Of a DNA stretch of 64,000 bases, positions 46,801 to 57,748 are shown piece after piece. The notes beneath the pieces are model-generated. The model was given only the letters and a program-made list of their open reading frames with translations, made no database searches and had not been told where the DNA came from. The stretch's first letter is position 1. The number at the start of each line of letters is the position of its first letter. This stretch comes from Laetmonice hystrix (Eukaryota): assembly GCA_965235115.1 (NCBI GenBank), contig OZ249436.1, positions 45,882,001-45,946,000 on the forward strand, read 5' to 3'. Both the position numbers and the translations under genes were made by a program.

Positions 46801-49800
46801 AATAATAAGATCACCATTACTAACTCCCTCACGCCATCATTCTGCAAGTACAGCTTGTGCCATAAAACTGTAATAATAAAATCACCATGGCTAACTCCCT
46901 CACGCCATCATTCTGCAAGTACAGCTTGTGCCATAAAACAATAATAATAAAATCACCATGGCTAACTCCCTCACGCCATCATTCTGCAAGTACAGCTTGT
47001 GCCATAAAACTATAATAATAAAATCACCATTACTAACTCCCTCACGCCATCATTTTGCAAGTACAGCTTGTGCCATAAAACTGTAATAATAAAATCACCA
47101 TTACTAACTCCCTCACGCCATCATTCTGCACGTACAGCTTGTGCCATAAAACTATAATAATAAAATCACCATTACTAACTCCCACACGCCATCATTCTGC
47201 AAGTACAGCTTGTGCCATAAAACTATAATAATAAAATCACTATTACTAACTCCCTCACGCCATCATTCTGCACGTACAGCTTGTGCCATAAAACTATAAT
47301 AATAAAATCACCATTACTAACTCCCACACGCCATCATTCTGCAAGTACAGCTTGTGCCATAAAACTATAATAATAAAATCACCATTACTAACTCCCTCAC
47401 GCCATCATTCTGCACGTACAGCTTGTGCCATAAAACTATAATAATAAAATCACCATTGCTAACTCCCTCACGACATCATTCTGCAAGTACAGCTTGTGCC
47501 ATAAAACTATAATAATAAAATCACCATTACTAACTCCCTCACGACATCATTCTGCAAGTACAGCTTGTGCCATAAAACTATAATAATAAAATCACCATTG
47601 CTAACTCCCGCACGACAGCATTCTGCAAGTACAGCTTGTGCCATAAAACTATAATAATAAAATCACCATGACTAACTCCCTCACGCCATCATGCTGCACG
47701 TACAGCTTGTGCCATAAAACTGTAATAATAAAATCACCATTACTAACTCCCTCACGCCATCATGCTGCACGTACAGCTTGTGCCATAAAACTATAATAAT
47801 AAAATCACCATGGCTAACTCCCTCACGCCATCATTCTGCAAGTACAGCTTGTGCCATAAAACTATAATAATAAAATCACCATTGCTAACTCCCTCACGCC
47901 ATCATTCTGCAAGTACAGCTTGTGCCATAAAACTATAATAATAAAATCACCATTGCTAACTCCCTCACGCCATCATTCTGCAAGTACAGCTTGTGCCATA
48001 AAACTATAATAATAAAATCACCATGGCTAACTCCCTCACGCCATCATTCTGCAAGTACAGCTTGTGCCATAAAACTATAATAATAAAATCACCATGGCTA
48101 ACTCCCTCACGCCATCATTCTGCAAGTACAGCTTGTGCCATAAAACTATAATAATAAAATCACCATGGCTAACTCCCTCACGCCATCATTCTGCAAGTAC
48201 AGCTTGTGCCATAAAACTGTAATAATAAAATCACCATTGCTAACTCCCTCACGCCATCATTCTGCACGTACAGCTTGTGCCATAAAACTGTAATAATAAA
48301 ATCACCATTACTAACTCCCTCACGCCATCATTCTGCACGTACAGCTTGTGCCATAAAACTATAATAATAAAATCACCATTACTAACTCCCACACGCCATC
48401 ATTCTGCAAGTACAGCTTGTGCCATAAAACTATAATAATAAAATCACTATTACTAATTCCCTCACGCCATCATTCTGCACGTACAGCTTGTGCCATAAAA
48501 CTATAATAATAAAATCACCATTACTAACTCCCACACGCCATCATTCTGCAAGTACAGCTTGTGCCATAAAACTATAATAATAAAATCACCATTACTAACT
48601 CCCTCACGCCATCATTCTGCACGTACAGCTTGTGCCATAAAACTATAATAATAAAATCACCATTGCTAACTCCCTCACGACATCATTCTGCAAGTACAGC
48701 TTGTGCCATAAAACTATAATAATAAAATCACCATTACTAACTCCCTCACGACATCATTCTGCAAGTACAGCTTGTGCCATAAAACTATAATAATAAAATC
48801 ACCATTGCTAACTCCCGCACGACAGCATTCTGCAAGTACAGCTTGTGCCATAAAACTATAATAATAAAATCACCATGACTAACTCCCTCACGCCATCATG
48901 CTGCACGTACAGCTTGTGCCATAAAACTGTAATAATAAAATCACCATTACTAACTCCCTCACGCCATCATGCTGCACGTACAGCTTGTGCCATAAAACTA
49001 TAATAATAAAATCACCATGGCTAACTCCCTCACGCCATCATTCTGCAAGTACAGCTTGTGCCATAAAACTATAATAATAAAATCACCATTGCTAACTCCC
49101 TCACGCCATCATTCTGCAAGTACAGCTTGTGCCATAAAACTATAATAATAAAATCACCATTGCTAACTCCCTCACGCCATCATTCTGCAAGTACAGCTTG
49201 TGCCATAAAACTATAATAATAAAATCACCATGGCTAACTCCCTCACGCCATCATTCTGCAAGTACAGCTTGTGCCATAAAACTATAATAATAAAATCACC
49301 ATGGCTAACTCCCTCACGCCATCATTCTGCAAGTACAGCTTGTGCCATAAAACTATAATAATAAAATCACCATGGCTAACTCCCTCACGCCATCATTCTG
49401 CAAGTACAGCTTGTGCCATAAAACTGTAATAATAAAATCACCATTGCTAACTCCCTCACGCCATCATTCTGCACGTACAGCTTGTGCCATAAAACTATAA
49501 TAATAAAACCACCATTACTAACTCCCTCACGCCATCATTCTGCACATACAGCTTGTGCCATAAAACTGTAATAATAAAATCACCATTGCTAACTCCCTCA
49601 CGCCATCATTCTGCACGTACAGCTTGTGCCATAAAACTGTAATAATAAAATCACCATGGCTAACTCCCTCACGCCATCATTCTGCAAGTACAGCTTGTGC
49701 CATAAAACTGTAATAATAAAATCACCATTGCTAACTCCCTCACGCCATCATTCTGCAAATACAGCTTGTGCCATAAAACTGTAATAATAAAATCACCATT

Positions 49801-52800
49801 GCTAACTCCCTCACGCCATCATTCTGCACGTACAGCTTGTGCCATAAAACTGTAATAATAAGATCACCATTACTAACTCCCTCACGCCATCATTCTGCAA
49901 GTACAGCTTGTGCCATAAAACTATAATAATAAAATCACCATGGCTAACTCCCTCACGCCATCATTCTGCAAGTACAGCTTGTGCCATAAAACTATAATAA
50001 TAAAATCACCATTGCTAACTCCCTCACGCCATCATTCTGCAAGTACAGCTTGTGCCATAAAACTATAATAATAAAATCACCATTACTAACTCCCTCACGC
50101 CATCATTCTGCAAGTACAGCTTGTGCCATAAAACTATAATAATAAAATCACCATTGCTAACTCCCTCACGCCATCATGCAGCACGTACAGCATAGTCTAT
50201 AAAACTGTAATAAAGTCTTACAACTAAATTATCACTGCGTATCTCCCGAGTGCTGCTATATCGGGTAACTATCCCCGGGGGGTAAACCATCACCCGCTCC
50301 ATGCTGGCGTCTCAGACAAACAGGGAAAGTCAGAATTAACTAGGCAATAACCTACGACTGCATCCTCCCATCTAATGTGGCGATAAAAAGTGATGATAAA
50401 AATTCTCCTATTGTAGTTTAATGGAAAGGGACAAGGAAATAAAAATGGTTTATCGTGCTTGTTGGTTTTAATGTGGGGGCAATGTCCTGTGTTTACATCG
50501 TGTGTTTAAAGTCCGTCTACTTTGGATCAAAGTGCCCTACGTTATCATTGGCCATTATGGCAAATATATGGCTTGAGTGGAAGCTGAGAGTTCTTAAAGC
50601 AGAGGTTTGTACGCCGCGGAGTCGTGGGCACACACTAAAGACAGCCATACAATTCAATCATAGGTTGACCCGTTAAGGGATTAAATTGGTTTTAGTTTTA
50701 GCGAGGCTCTGGGATTACGTAACATCCGACGACGGGGTTCATATGAAAGGTTTTACTAATCACAGTCTTCAGGGACGTAGCTCCCGCCATCCCTCAGTTT
50801 CTACATTCCCCTTTAGTTAAGGCAGATCTACTCGGATCGGTAGTGCATTCAGTTACCAGCCACGGACCTTTTCACTACACGTACCAGGTCAAGATATAAG
50901 AAACGATCAGAAACATGAACCGGAACATTCATTTGAAATTTCAATAAATGTCTAAAAAGGTGGAAAGACAAGACATAAAATGTCCAGCATTACGTTGGAG
51001 AATAACGTTGAAATATAGTAATAAGTGACATATATGCCATCCTGACCATGCATTGCTGAAGTTGGTTCAAGTGATTCGGGGATACTGACATCGGGGAATG
51101 CGAGTGAGTAAATTGGGTGGTTTACGCCCCGTCGACCGTATTGTTGTCATACACGGCGATAGGAACCATTTAATTCAGTCCAGGGACCGAGTCCCAGGGG
51201 TGGGCGATGATAAGGATGAAGTGAAAAAGAAACCTGCCACCGGGATGCAATCCATTAATCTTTTCGAAAAAAACGGCAAAAGTTCTTTTCTATGCCCAGT
51301 CTCACAGACACGGCTGGACATACCAAGGCCTCTGATGACCCAGTTGTGGAGCACTGGGGAGGGCCAATGCAAAAACATTTTACTGGAACGATGGAAAATC
51401 GATCTGTGCCATACAGATGATTTTACTATCCGACGTTTTACTCCGAGAAGGACGGGACGTAAATGACATCGTTAGGGTGTGTGCACACTCACTATGTGTC
51501 ATCTTCAGCCCGACCTCACTCCAACTCCAGGCAAAACCAGATACCTCTTCATTCACGACTGCTGCAAACACCCGAGCTTTAAAAAGGCGTCATCTTACAT
51601 CTGAGATCCAAGTATCACTTGTCACAATCGACGTGGAGGAATACAATGGAAAGCATGTGTACACCGAGCGATGATAATGCATCTAATGGACAGCCCTGTC
51701 ACATAATGATTGGACACGAGGTGAAGCCACATTCACGGCCAAGGTAACGAGAGCCCTGAACCAATTTCAGCATAGTAGTGTCTCTTACACTGAACCTTCT
51801 CGGTGTAAATTGTTTGAAATGAAAATATAAGGAAAATCCTACACTACTATCCAGTGCATGTATGTCGTCTGACTTTGTCTGCAAAAGCACTGAACTGACT
51901 CGCCTTTCAATTACTGCAGGGCGCCGATTTCAACTATATGTACTCCCCCAACAATGCACGAGACCGTTTTGACGACATTTCTCTTGTCTGGAAGAGTGTG
52001 CATTGTGGCTATAAACTTTTTACTGCTCTTTCCCCGATAGGAAAGTCAGAGTTATTGTAGTCATTATGCGTTGTTCCCAGGAAGACAGAATATTTTATTA
52101 TCATTTCCTGCACTCCTCCCCTGGTTAACAGGATACAGGGTAGAGTTATTGTAGCTATCAGCGTCTTCCTTATTTATTGGCTACGCTTGTAATTGTTCAG
52201 AAATACAATGAATGCCATAGAAACACATAACGGGATTAGGGTCCTTCACGGCGCGAGAGTAGTGCCAAGCGATAGTTTAGGGGTCTGTGTGAATAACCAT
52301 CTCCCATATAATTCTTATGTTTGAAAGTTTCTATAGAATGTTTCCAATCTGAGCTTTCCCCACCCCTCTACTTGCCACCCCATAGCGTCCCTCCACGTCC
52401 ACGACCATCTGTTTAGAAGTTTAAATACAAACAAGTAAGGAGAAAATAGCTCGTCAATCTGTTTACGGAAAACATTTAATAATGTCGACATGCCCGCCGT
52501 CCGTAGTGGTTACAGCACACTCTCATAAAAACTAATCCCATTCCCGTGTGTCAGCGAAATAAAATCTGTTATTGAATTATTGCCGGAATATTAGCTCAGC
52601 ATGACATAAGGCGGCATCTGAAATACAGCTGTCGGAAAATAACATCATTCGCTTCCAATGCCTCGCAGCGATCGCTCGGTGTACGCTTCATTAGCACCGC
52701 CTGTTGTCTTATAATCATATCTACTGCGGGGCTGGCAGAACAAATAGAGAGGACTAAACACTTGAATCAAACTGACAGCTGGGATTCAGCAAACGGGACA

Positions 52801-54641
52801 AGACCAGTTCCTTAATTACAAAGGGCTTAAATATTTAACTCGAAGGCCGTTGATGATTGTGGATGCAAAGCCGTTTAATTTGACAATCTTGAGTTCTCCG
52901 GAGGGATCAGCAGTTTGATAGGTCAAGGGGAAAAAGAAACTCATTTAGAAAAAGGAAAAAAATACACATTCCAAAAAGCGTAATGGCTGCCTCGTTGACA
53001 ATGCAAATGGGAAAGTGTATTGCCCTTCGTTAGGTAAAGGACAAATTTCTATCAAGTAACCTTGGGTCAACCAGCAGCCACAGTATATTCACTCTCATAT
53101 TAGTCTAGACCTTTGGAGCTCAGAGATAGCGAAAATGGCGGAGAAGGAATTTGGCTACGCCATCGTCTAATCACCTTAGCGGTGTTTACAAACGAGTTCG
53201 TGCAACAGGAAGCTAAGTTACGACTGGTGGGCCCGATAACCATGGACGTACCTTATCGCTCCCGGCCAGGTATAGGACGGAACTTTGGGCCAAAGCCTCA
53301 AGTCTCATTCGTACTTGAGTGCCAATAATCCCAAATGTAAGCCATGCAGTAGAAGTGTAGTAAGATCTAAAAAAGTGTGTTCAATACTTTGATTGAAATC
53401 CATTGTTGTTCGCGGGGATTCGACATCGCAGCTGGAACGGTCTATTGGGAAATCATTTCGTATGTCTGCCGCTTCTCGGCTTCAGGATGTGATCTCGAGC
53501 GCAGAATATGCCCAGATTGCATCGCGCCTGTTGAAACCTAAGCCGCTTTTCGCGGAACTGTCCATGTAGACAAAATAGTCGCCGTGGTATTATTCTATAG
53601 GGGTTCGGGGAGTCAAGTTACCCAATGTATAACATCTTCATGTTCTAGCCAACATGGCTATTAAAATAAGATCATCTCGTCAGGTTTCCATTTGTCTCAC
53701 CACTCTCTGAACACTTCCCTCTCCAATGTACCCCCCCCCCTCCTCCTCCCCAGCCCCGCCCTTTACAGGCCCGTAGAAGGAGTTCTAAAGGGGTGGGTCA
53801 TATTTGGAAAAGGATGTTTCTTATTGAGGAAGGGGACCATTACTTTTGTAAGGGTAAACCTTAGTTTTAGGAGAAAGTAGAGAGTACTGTAGCATTGTGT
53901 TGGCATGAAAAGGTGGCCCTTGTCCATTGATATGTATCCCATACTAGGCTTTCTTCAGTATTACCCTAAGAGGCCCAGAAAAGCAAGGCCAATTAATTAT
54001 TTAATGTACATTTAATCGGTTTAGTTTCAAGCCCTAAGCACGTGTACGGATTGCACGACGACATGAAAATCTTATTTGTACCCCATGAATATAATCACTG
54101 GGGATAGCAGCTTTCTGAGTTCCTTTTAATGCAGTAAGTCTTCTAAAGGTGATTGCCGCATGTGTATGTGCCCCACTGTTTTTACCGTACCCATTTCAAT
54201 CGCTTATTTTGTATACGAGGATCTCATGTTTGCTTTGCTGTCCGGTACCAGCAAATTGGGGTCGGTTGCAAGACGCTGAAACTTCCGTTCAAACTACATT
54301 TAGATTTGAACGAAAAGTCCTGTCGCCGTCTCGACAAGGGTTTCCAAATATCCGGCTCGATCTGGGTTGAGAACCCTGCAAACATGAGGTTCGGTCTAAA
54401 GTAGTTACTCACGTAGTTCTTCCACATACTTGTGGTGAGGACCTGCTTGATCTCATCGAAGTCCAGGATCTGGATGAGGGAGATTCCAAACTCAATGATG
54501 ACACTGCTGGAGCTGTCCTGAACCGGCCGTGCCAACGTCGTCACCTTGGCGTACTTGTCCAGCAGGCAGTTTATAAGGCGACTTTCGGCGGAGAACTGCG
54601 TGTACGAGTTTGGCTCCAGGTGGCAAGTTAGTTTGTAGTGG
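28580..54641 (-). CDS. Nicotinic acetylcholine receptor-like Cys-loop channel subunit (non-alpha), 5'-incomplete: complement(join(28580..28864,31313..31428,32418..32504,32909..33363,35676..35785,54413..54641))
   Basis: GT..AG introns with compatible phases. Motifs: ESRLINCLL..Y..LARPV, LIQILDFDEIKQVLTT, LRWDPDDFGG, WTPDIVLYNNAD (loop A), Cys-loop CEINMKDFPFDEQTC, FGSWTY (loop B), M1 FYIYLLVLPCILLSCL, M2, M3, M4 LAAILDRCFFIFY. The signal-peptide exon was not identified. Confidence 0.93.
29122..30880. mobile_element. Long-inverted-repeat (foldback-like) element in the last receptor intron
   Basis: 29130..29460 is an imperfect reverse complement of 30593..30878, including a (CCT)n/(GGA)n tract and terminal tandem CCACTTTTGTC modules. 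Outer ends and TSD were not resolved. Confidence 0.7.
31313..31428 (-). CDS. nAChR-like exon (M3 and start of intracellular loop, ending PPRWLMT)
   Basis: ttgcag acceptor. The weak phase-0 donor ACG|gtgtgg is the one that fits the next exon. Confidence 0.88.
31862..32407. repeat. Minisatellite, 23-bp unit, about 24 copies, starting 10 nt from the M2-exon donor
   Basis: Unit TGTGTCAAAGATAAGGTCCAGTT. Confidence 0.95.
32418..32504 (-). CDS. nAChR-like exon (M2 and M2-M3 loop: MSLFSSFFILLLILVQSSPPTSASISRL)
   Basis: cttccag acceptor, G|gtgggt donor, phase 1 at both ends, PPTS M2-M3 motif. Confidence 0.92.
32909..33363 (-). CDS. nAChR-like exon (Cys-loop, loops B and C, M1, M1-M2 linker)
   Basis: Core of ORF 32736..33449; ttctcag acceptor, G|gtgggt donor. 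Confidence 0.95.
35283..35727. repeat. Tandem repeat (108-112 bp, 4 copies) made of an exon 3' end plus splice donor
   Basis: Each unit holds about 51 nt of the 110-nt receptor exon plus about 55-60 nt of the following intron. Confidence 0.95.
35676..35785 (-). CDS. nAChR-like 110-nt exon (VWEDQVLRWDPDDFGG...WTPDIVLYN)
   Basis: ttacag acceptor, AA|gtaaat donor; 110-nt length and loop A content are typical of nAChR genes. Too short for the ORF track. Confidence 0.93.
35848..36127. repeat. Minisatellite, 20-bp unit, 14 copies
   Basis: Unit CATGACGTA(C/A)GTGATTATTC. Confidence 0.96.
36825..37212. repeat. Minisatellite, 48-bp unit, about 8 copies
   Basis: Unit AAGTTATGTGTACTAAAGTCAATAGGAGCATGACGTGGGAGGGACATT; an orphan partial copy lies at about 39014..39047. 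Confidence 0.95.
37220..38662. mobile_element. Non-autonomous hAT-like element with 6-bp target duplication
   Basis: TIRs CAGTGATGAAAGT / ACTTTCATCCCTG, subterminal AAATTTCCTGA motifs at both ends, AGAATC directly flanking both sides (37214-37219, 38663-38668). Confidence 0.75.
39822..40260. repeat. Minisatellite, 31/27-bp unit, about 15 copies
   Basis: Unit CACTAACTGACACCATATTCATGACGTCCTG. Confidence 0.95.
40556..41590. repeat. Minisatellite, about 85-93-bp unit, about 11 copies
   Basis: Unit GATGATAATGATATAACACATCTTATGGATACATCGCAAGGGTTCTTAATACGTGCAACACCGTATCCAGCCTGGGATTA...GGCGTCCTG. Confidence 0.95.
41977..42117. repeat. 18-bp tandem repeat, about 7 copies
   Basis: Unit ATTACTGGACCATCGCCC. 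Confidence 0.88.
44604..44662. repeat. 14-bp tandem repeat, 4 copies
   Basis: (GTTATAATCAGGTG)n. Confidence 0.9.
46162..50214. repeat. Satellite array, 71-bp unit, about 57 copies, with a 17-unit higher-order duplication
   Basis: Unit AATAATAAAATCACCATTACTAACTCCCTCACGCCATCATTCTGCAAGTACAGCTTGTGCCATAAAACTAT; rare variants recur 1207 bp apart. Confidence 0.97.
51100..51445 (-). mobile_element. Degenerate SINE-like element
   Basis: CATACCAAGGCCTCTGATGACCCAGTTGTGGAGCACTGG resembles the reverse complement of a conserved SINE core I recall from molluscs (Meta/MESC type), with a GAGTGAGT tail-like end. From memory only. Confidence 0.35.
54413..54641 (-). CDS. nAChR-like exon (N-terminal helix to WKNY)
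   Basis: Minus-strand acceptor ttttcctcctctacag (an alternative weaker acceptor would start the exon at 54595); donor TAC|gtgagt. Confidence 0.85.
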
Positions 54642-55802
54642 CTGTAGAGGAGGAAAATAGGTACAGTAAACAATAGTTAGGTTTCGCCTTCGAGGATTTT
54701 TTTTTAAAAAAGGTTTTAATTATCCAATGTTTTGTTCTGCTGGTCTCAGCAAGAAGTTGGGGGGCGTTGGGGCAGTGCAGAGAAAGTCGGAAAGCTGCAG
54801 AGAGAGAGAAAGAGAGAAATAGAGAAAGAGAGGGAGAGGGAGACAGAAAGAGAGTTAGAGTTGGTGGTTTTGTGCCAAAACCAACGTGGTGAGAAGAAGG
54901 GGCCTGTCGTCTCCTGGATGACCCTGGGAACTCTAGTAAAATCATGTCGGGAGTGCCTCACGTCCTATAGCCTCTAACAATATTCACTCTCTACTCAGAT
55001 ATATTCGAAAAGATCTTAATGTTTTTCAGTTGAGTATGTCGTGACAGATTACAGATTTGCTAGTGAATGGCCGGGATGTAAACCATTTTCCAAAACAACA
55101 TTGTTCACATTTCTGTTTTATTTTTTTATTAAAGGTCAAAGTAAAAAAATAAAGTGCTTGACACTGATACTTGATTCTGTTTGCCTATTAGTATGTGCGC
55201 CTGAATTATTCCTGTAACGATTCGGAAATATTGCATAACTTGGTGGAATGATTTAATCGCATAAACTAAAATAATTATTGACTGAGAAACATAGAACGAG
55301 GCAGGCAATGTGAAAAGGTCGTTGCTCATCGTATTTACAAATGGGACTAGGATCGCTGACTCAAACAATGGCAGAAGAACTTTACCCTGGACCTAAGACC
55401 TTTCCTCTGAACCTGAGAAAACTTCGGTAAATTACAGCGCAGCAGCTGTTACGTACAGGTCATTATCTCTCACCGGATGGAGCAAGCCGGAATGCCCGGA
55501 TGTACACAAAAATACACAAGTAGGCTATAGAAATCTTAAACGGAATGAGTCGAAATCATTCAATATTAACAATGTTAGTTTGTAAATGTTGAACTTTCCA
55601 ATGATATGGGTCTAAATGCAACAACTGAATTGCCGCATTGAGTTTCTGCGACTTTGTTTGGACACTGTTACCTACAGTTTTTGTCCTCTCTTCATTTCCT
55701 AAGGCTGCGGTAACCAAACGAAAAATAAATTCACGGAGTAGGTTTGAGAAATGTAACTCTTGAAGTCATATTTGAAATAATACAAGATCTCAAATAGTAT
55801 AG

Positions 55803-55971
55803 CAGTGGCGTACCAAGAAACTGGAGCCAGGGGGTGCTGGAAATAACCAACGTCGTAGGCGCTGCAAATTGTGAGGGGGCTGTGGGCAACAAGCGCACCA
55901 AAAAATTGGGCAAATTGAGGGGGGTGCTTGAGCACCCCAAGCACCCCCCCCCCCCCCCGGGTACGCTACTG
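55803..55971. mobile_element. Short hAT-like MITE
   Basis: CAGTGGCGTACC...GGTACGCTACTG inverted ends, internal GGGGTGCT/AGCACCCC motifs. TSD not clean. Confidence 0.55.
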
Positions 55972-56158
55972 GTATATGGCCCCTCATGGTCACATACCTA
56001 CAGGTCTGTTGGCCACAATATTTTCCAGTTGGCTATCTGAGAAAGACTATTTTGAAGTCCCTGGGTCCAATCCGGTTTCTTCCGGTTCTGGTCTGTGATC
56101 TCAGGCATTGGTAGCTCTTCACAACTCTTCCCTATCCGACTCATTGATGATGATTTAA

Positions 56159-56673
56159 AGGGGCATATTATGAGGAAATGTAAAAAAGAACTTTTGCTGT
56201 TTTCATAAAGAGATCCTTCATTAAAATTGCTTGGTAAACAAAGACAGACTTATCAGTTTCATTTTGCGTGAGAAATCGAAGTTTATTAAGCTCCCTTGCC
56301 CGCTTCTCTGCCGATTTCGTAAAATATTTTTTGGGTGGCATTCTGATGCCGGGCGATCGAGTGCCACTGCTGAATTGTTTACAACTAAGCGAAGCACGTG
56401 ACTAAGCACATGCAGAGAGTGCACACACAGGATGTGACACAGTATGCAATTACACTGGTTGATGGGAGGTTGTCTGCCAAATTATGGCGGGAGATGTGCT
56501 ATCGGGAGAAATCTATAGGTTTGGTCGTATAGAACCTACTTGTGCTGCATACGCAGCAAAAACACGTCGGAGGACAAAATGCTGTGGTAGGATTATTTAC
56601 TTGGGTCCCTAGTACACGGTCATGTTGGATAATTGCCGGAAATCCTCAAAAACGTGTTTCATAGTATGCCCCT
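56159..56673 (+). mobile_element. TTAA-inserting MITE (Kolobok-like), copy B
   Basis: TTAA|AGGGGCATATTATGA...TCATAGTATGCCCCT|TTAA; same family and orientation as 11188..11714. Confidence 0.88.
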
Positions 56674-57748
56674 TTAATCTGTATGGAGCAAATGTCTATC
56701 TCTGATGTGATTAGCGATTGCTTGAGGACTGGCTTGTTGCCAAAGATTTGTAAGCGCTGGCAGTATGCAATCATAGTCGTAAGAGATTCGCCTTCCATCT
56801 ACGTACATTCATGGAAGTGGCGACTTGGAAACTCTAAAGTTATTATGCGATTGGTACAAGAGGTATGTTGGATCAAGCCTTCCCAGTCAGAAATGCCATT
56901 ATGTCCCTGCTTCCAGACAGCGAATCATAGAGCGTTGTTATGAAACGATCCATCACGTTGGTAACACGTGATATAGGGAGACTTATCACCCCACCGCCCT
57001 AAGTTAGAACACATCAAAGCGTTGGGTCAGCAGTCCCTCTGTAGGGAAGATGACATGCTATGGTTACCATGGTTATCCCTCTGGATCAATCTTGGTCCGT
57101 TTAAATCAGGGGACAAATTCAACTAGGATAAAACATTCAGTCCGCTTGACTGCTGCTTCCGGTATTAGACAGCGGGACAGGAGGATATCGGGTCTGGGAC
57201 ATCCAAGCTCAGATCCGCACAGATCACAGGGGTCTCTGACTGCTACTTCCGGTATAAGAGAGCTGGACAGGAGGATATCCGGTCTCCTGATCTGTATGAT
57301 CCTCAACCGGCCTTCCAACTACCACAGAAAGATTACAGAAATTACACTAAAAAAGTAGCCTAACTCCACTTGCAACATTTGGGAGTTAAAGTGCGCTGAC
57401 TGGCATTTATTGTTCGGCCACACAAATTTTTTTGGAACGAGGAGACTCGTTAATATTGTCTACCGATGCGAACAGACTCGGGCGACATAAAAAAACGAGC
57501 CAGAATATGGACATATCGCCAAGTTAATTACCAATAAACATCTGTTAATTAAACGTACAATGTACCGGTATCATTAGTCCAATGTTACAGTATCATTAGT
57601 ACAATTTAACAGTATCATTAGTATTCTCATGTAAAACATGTATAATCCATTCTGATAATGTGCCCCTCTAGGCCCTGAAGAATTTTTGTCCGGAGAGCGT
57701 CTGCCCATTGTGGAGAACGTGCCCCCCCCCCCAACCTACTCCATTCGA

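Noticed and set aside
51331..51365. CTGATGA followed by a CCCAGT/ACTGGG stem, resembling a hammerhead ribozyme core
   Set aside because: The required GAAA after stem II is absent (GAGG instead), and the segment is better explained as a SINE core.
55474..55560. Possible signal-peptide exon for the receptor (minus-strand ...ISIAYLCIFVYIRAFRLAPS then gtgaga)
   Set aside because: No in-frame ATG before an upstream stop, and its phase does not match either candidate acceptor.
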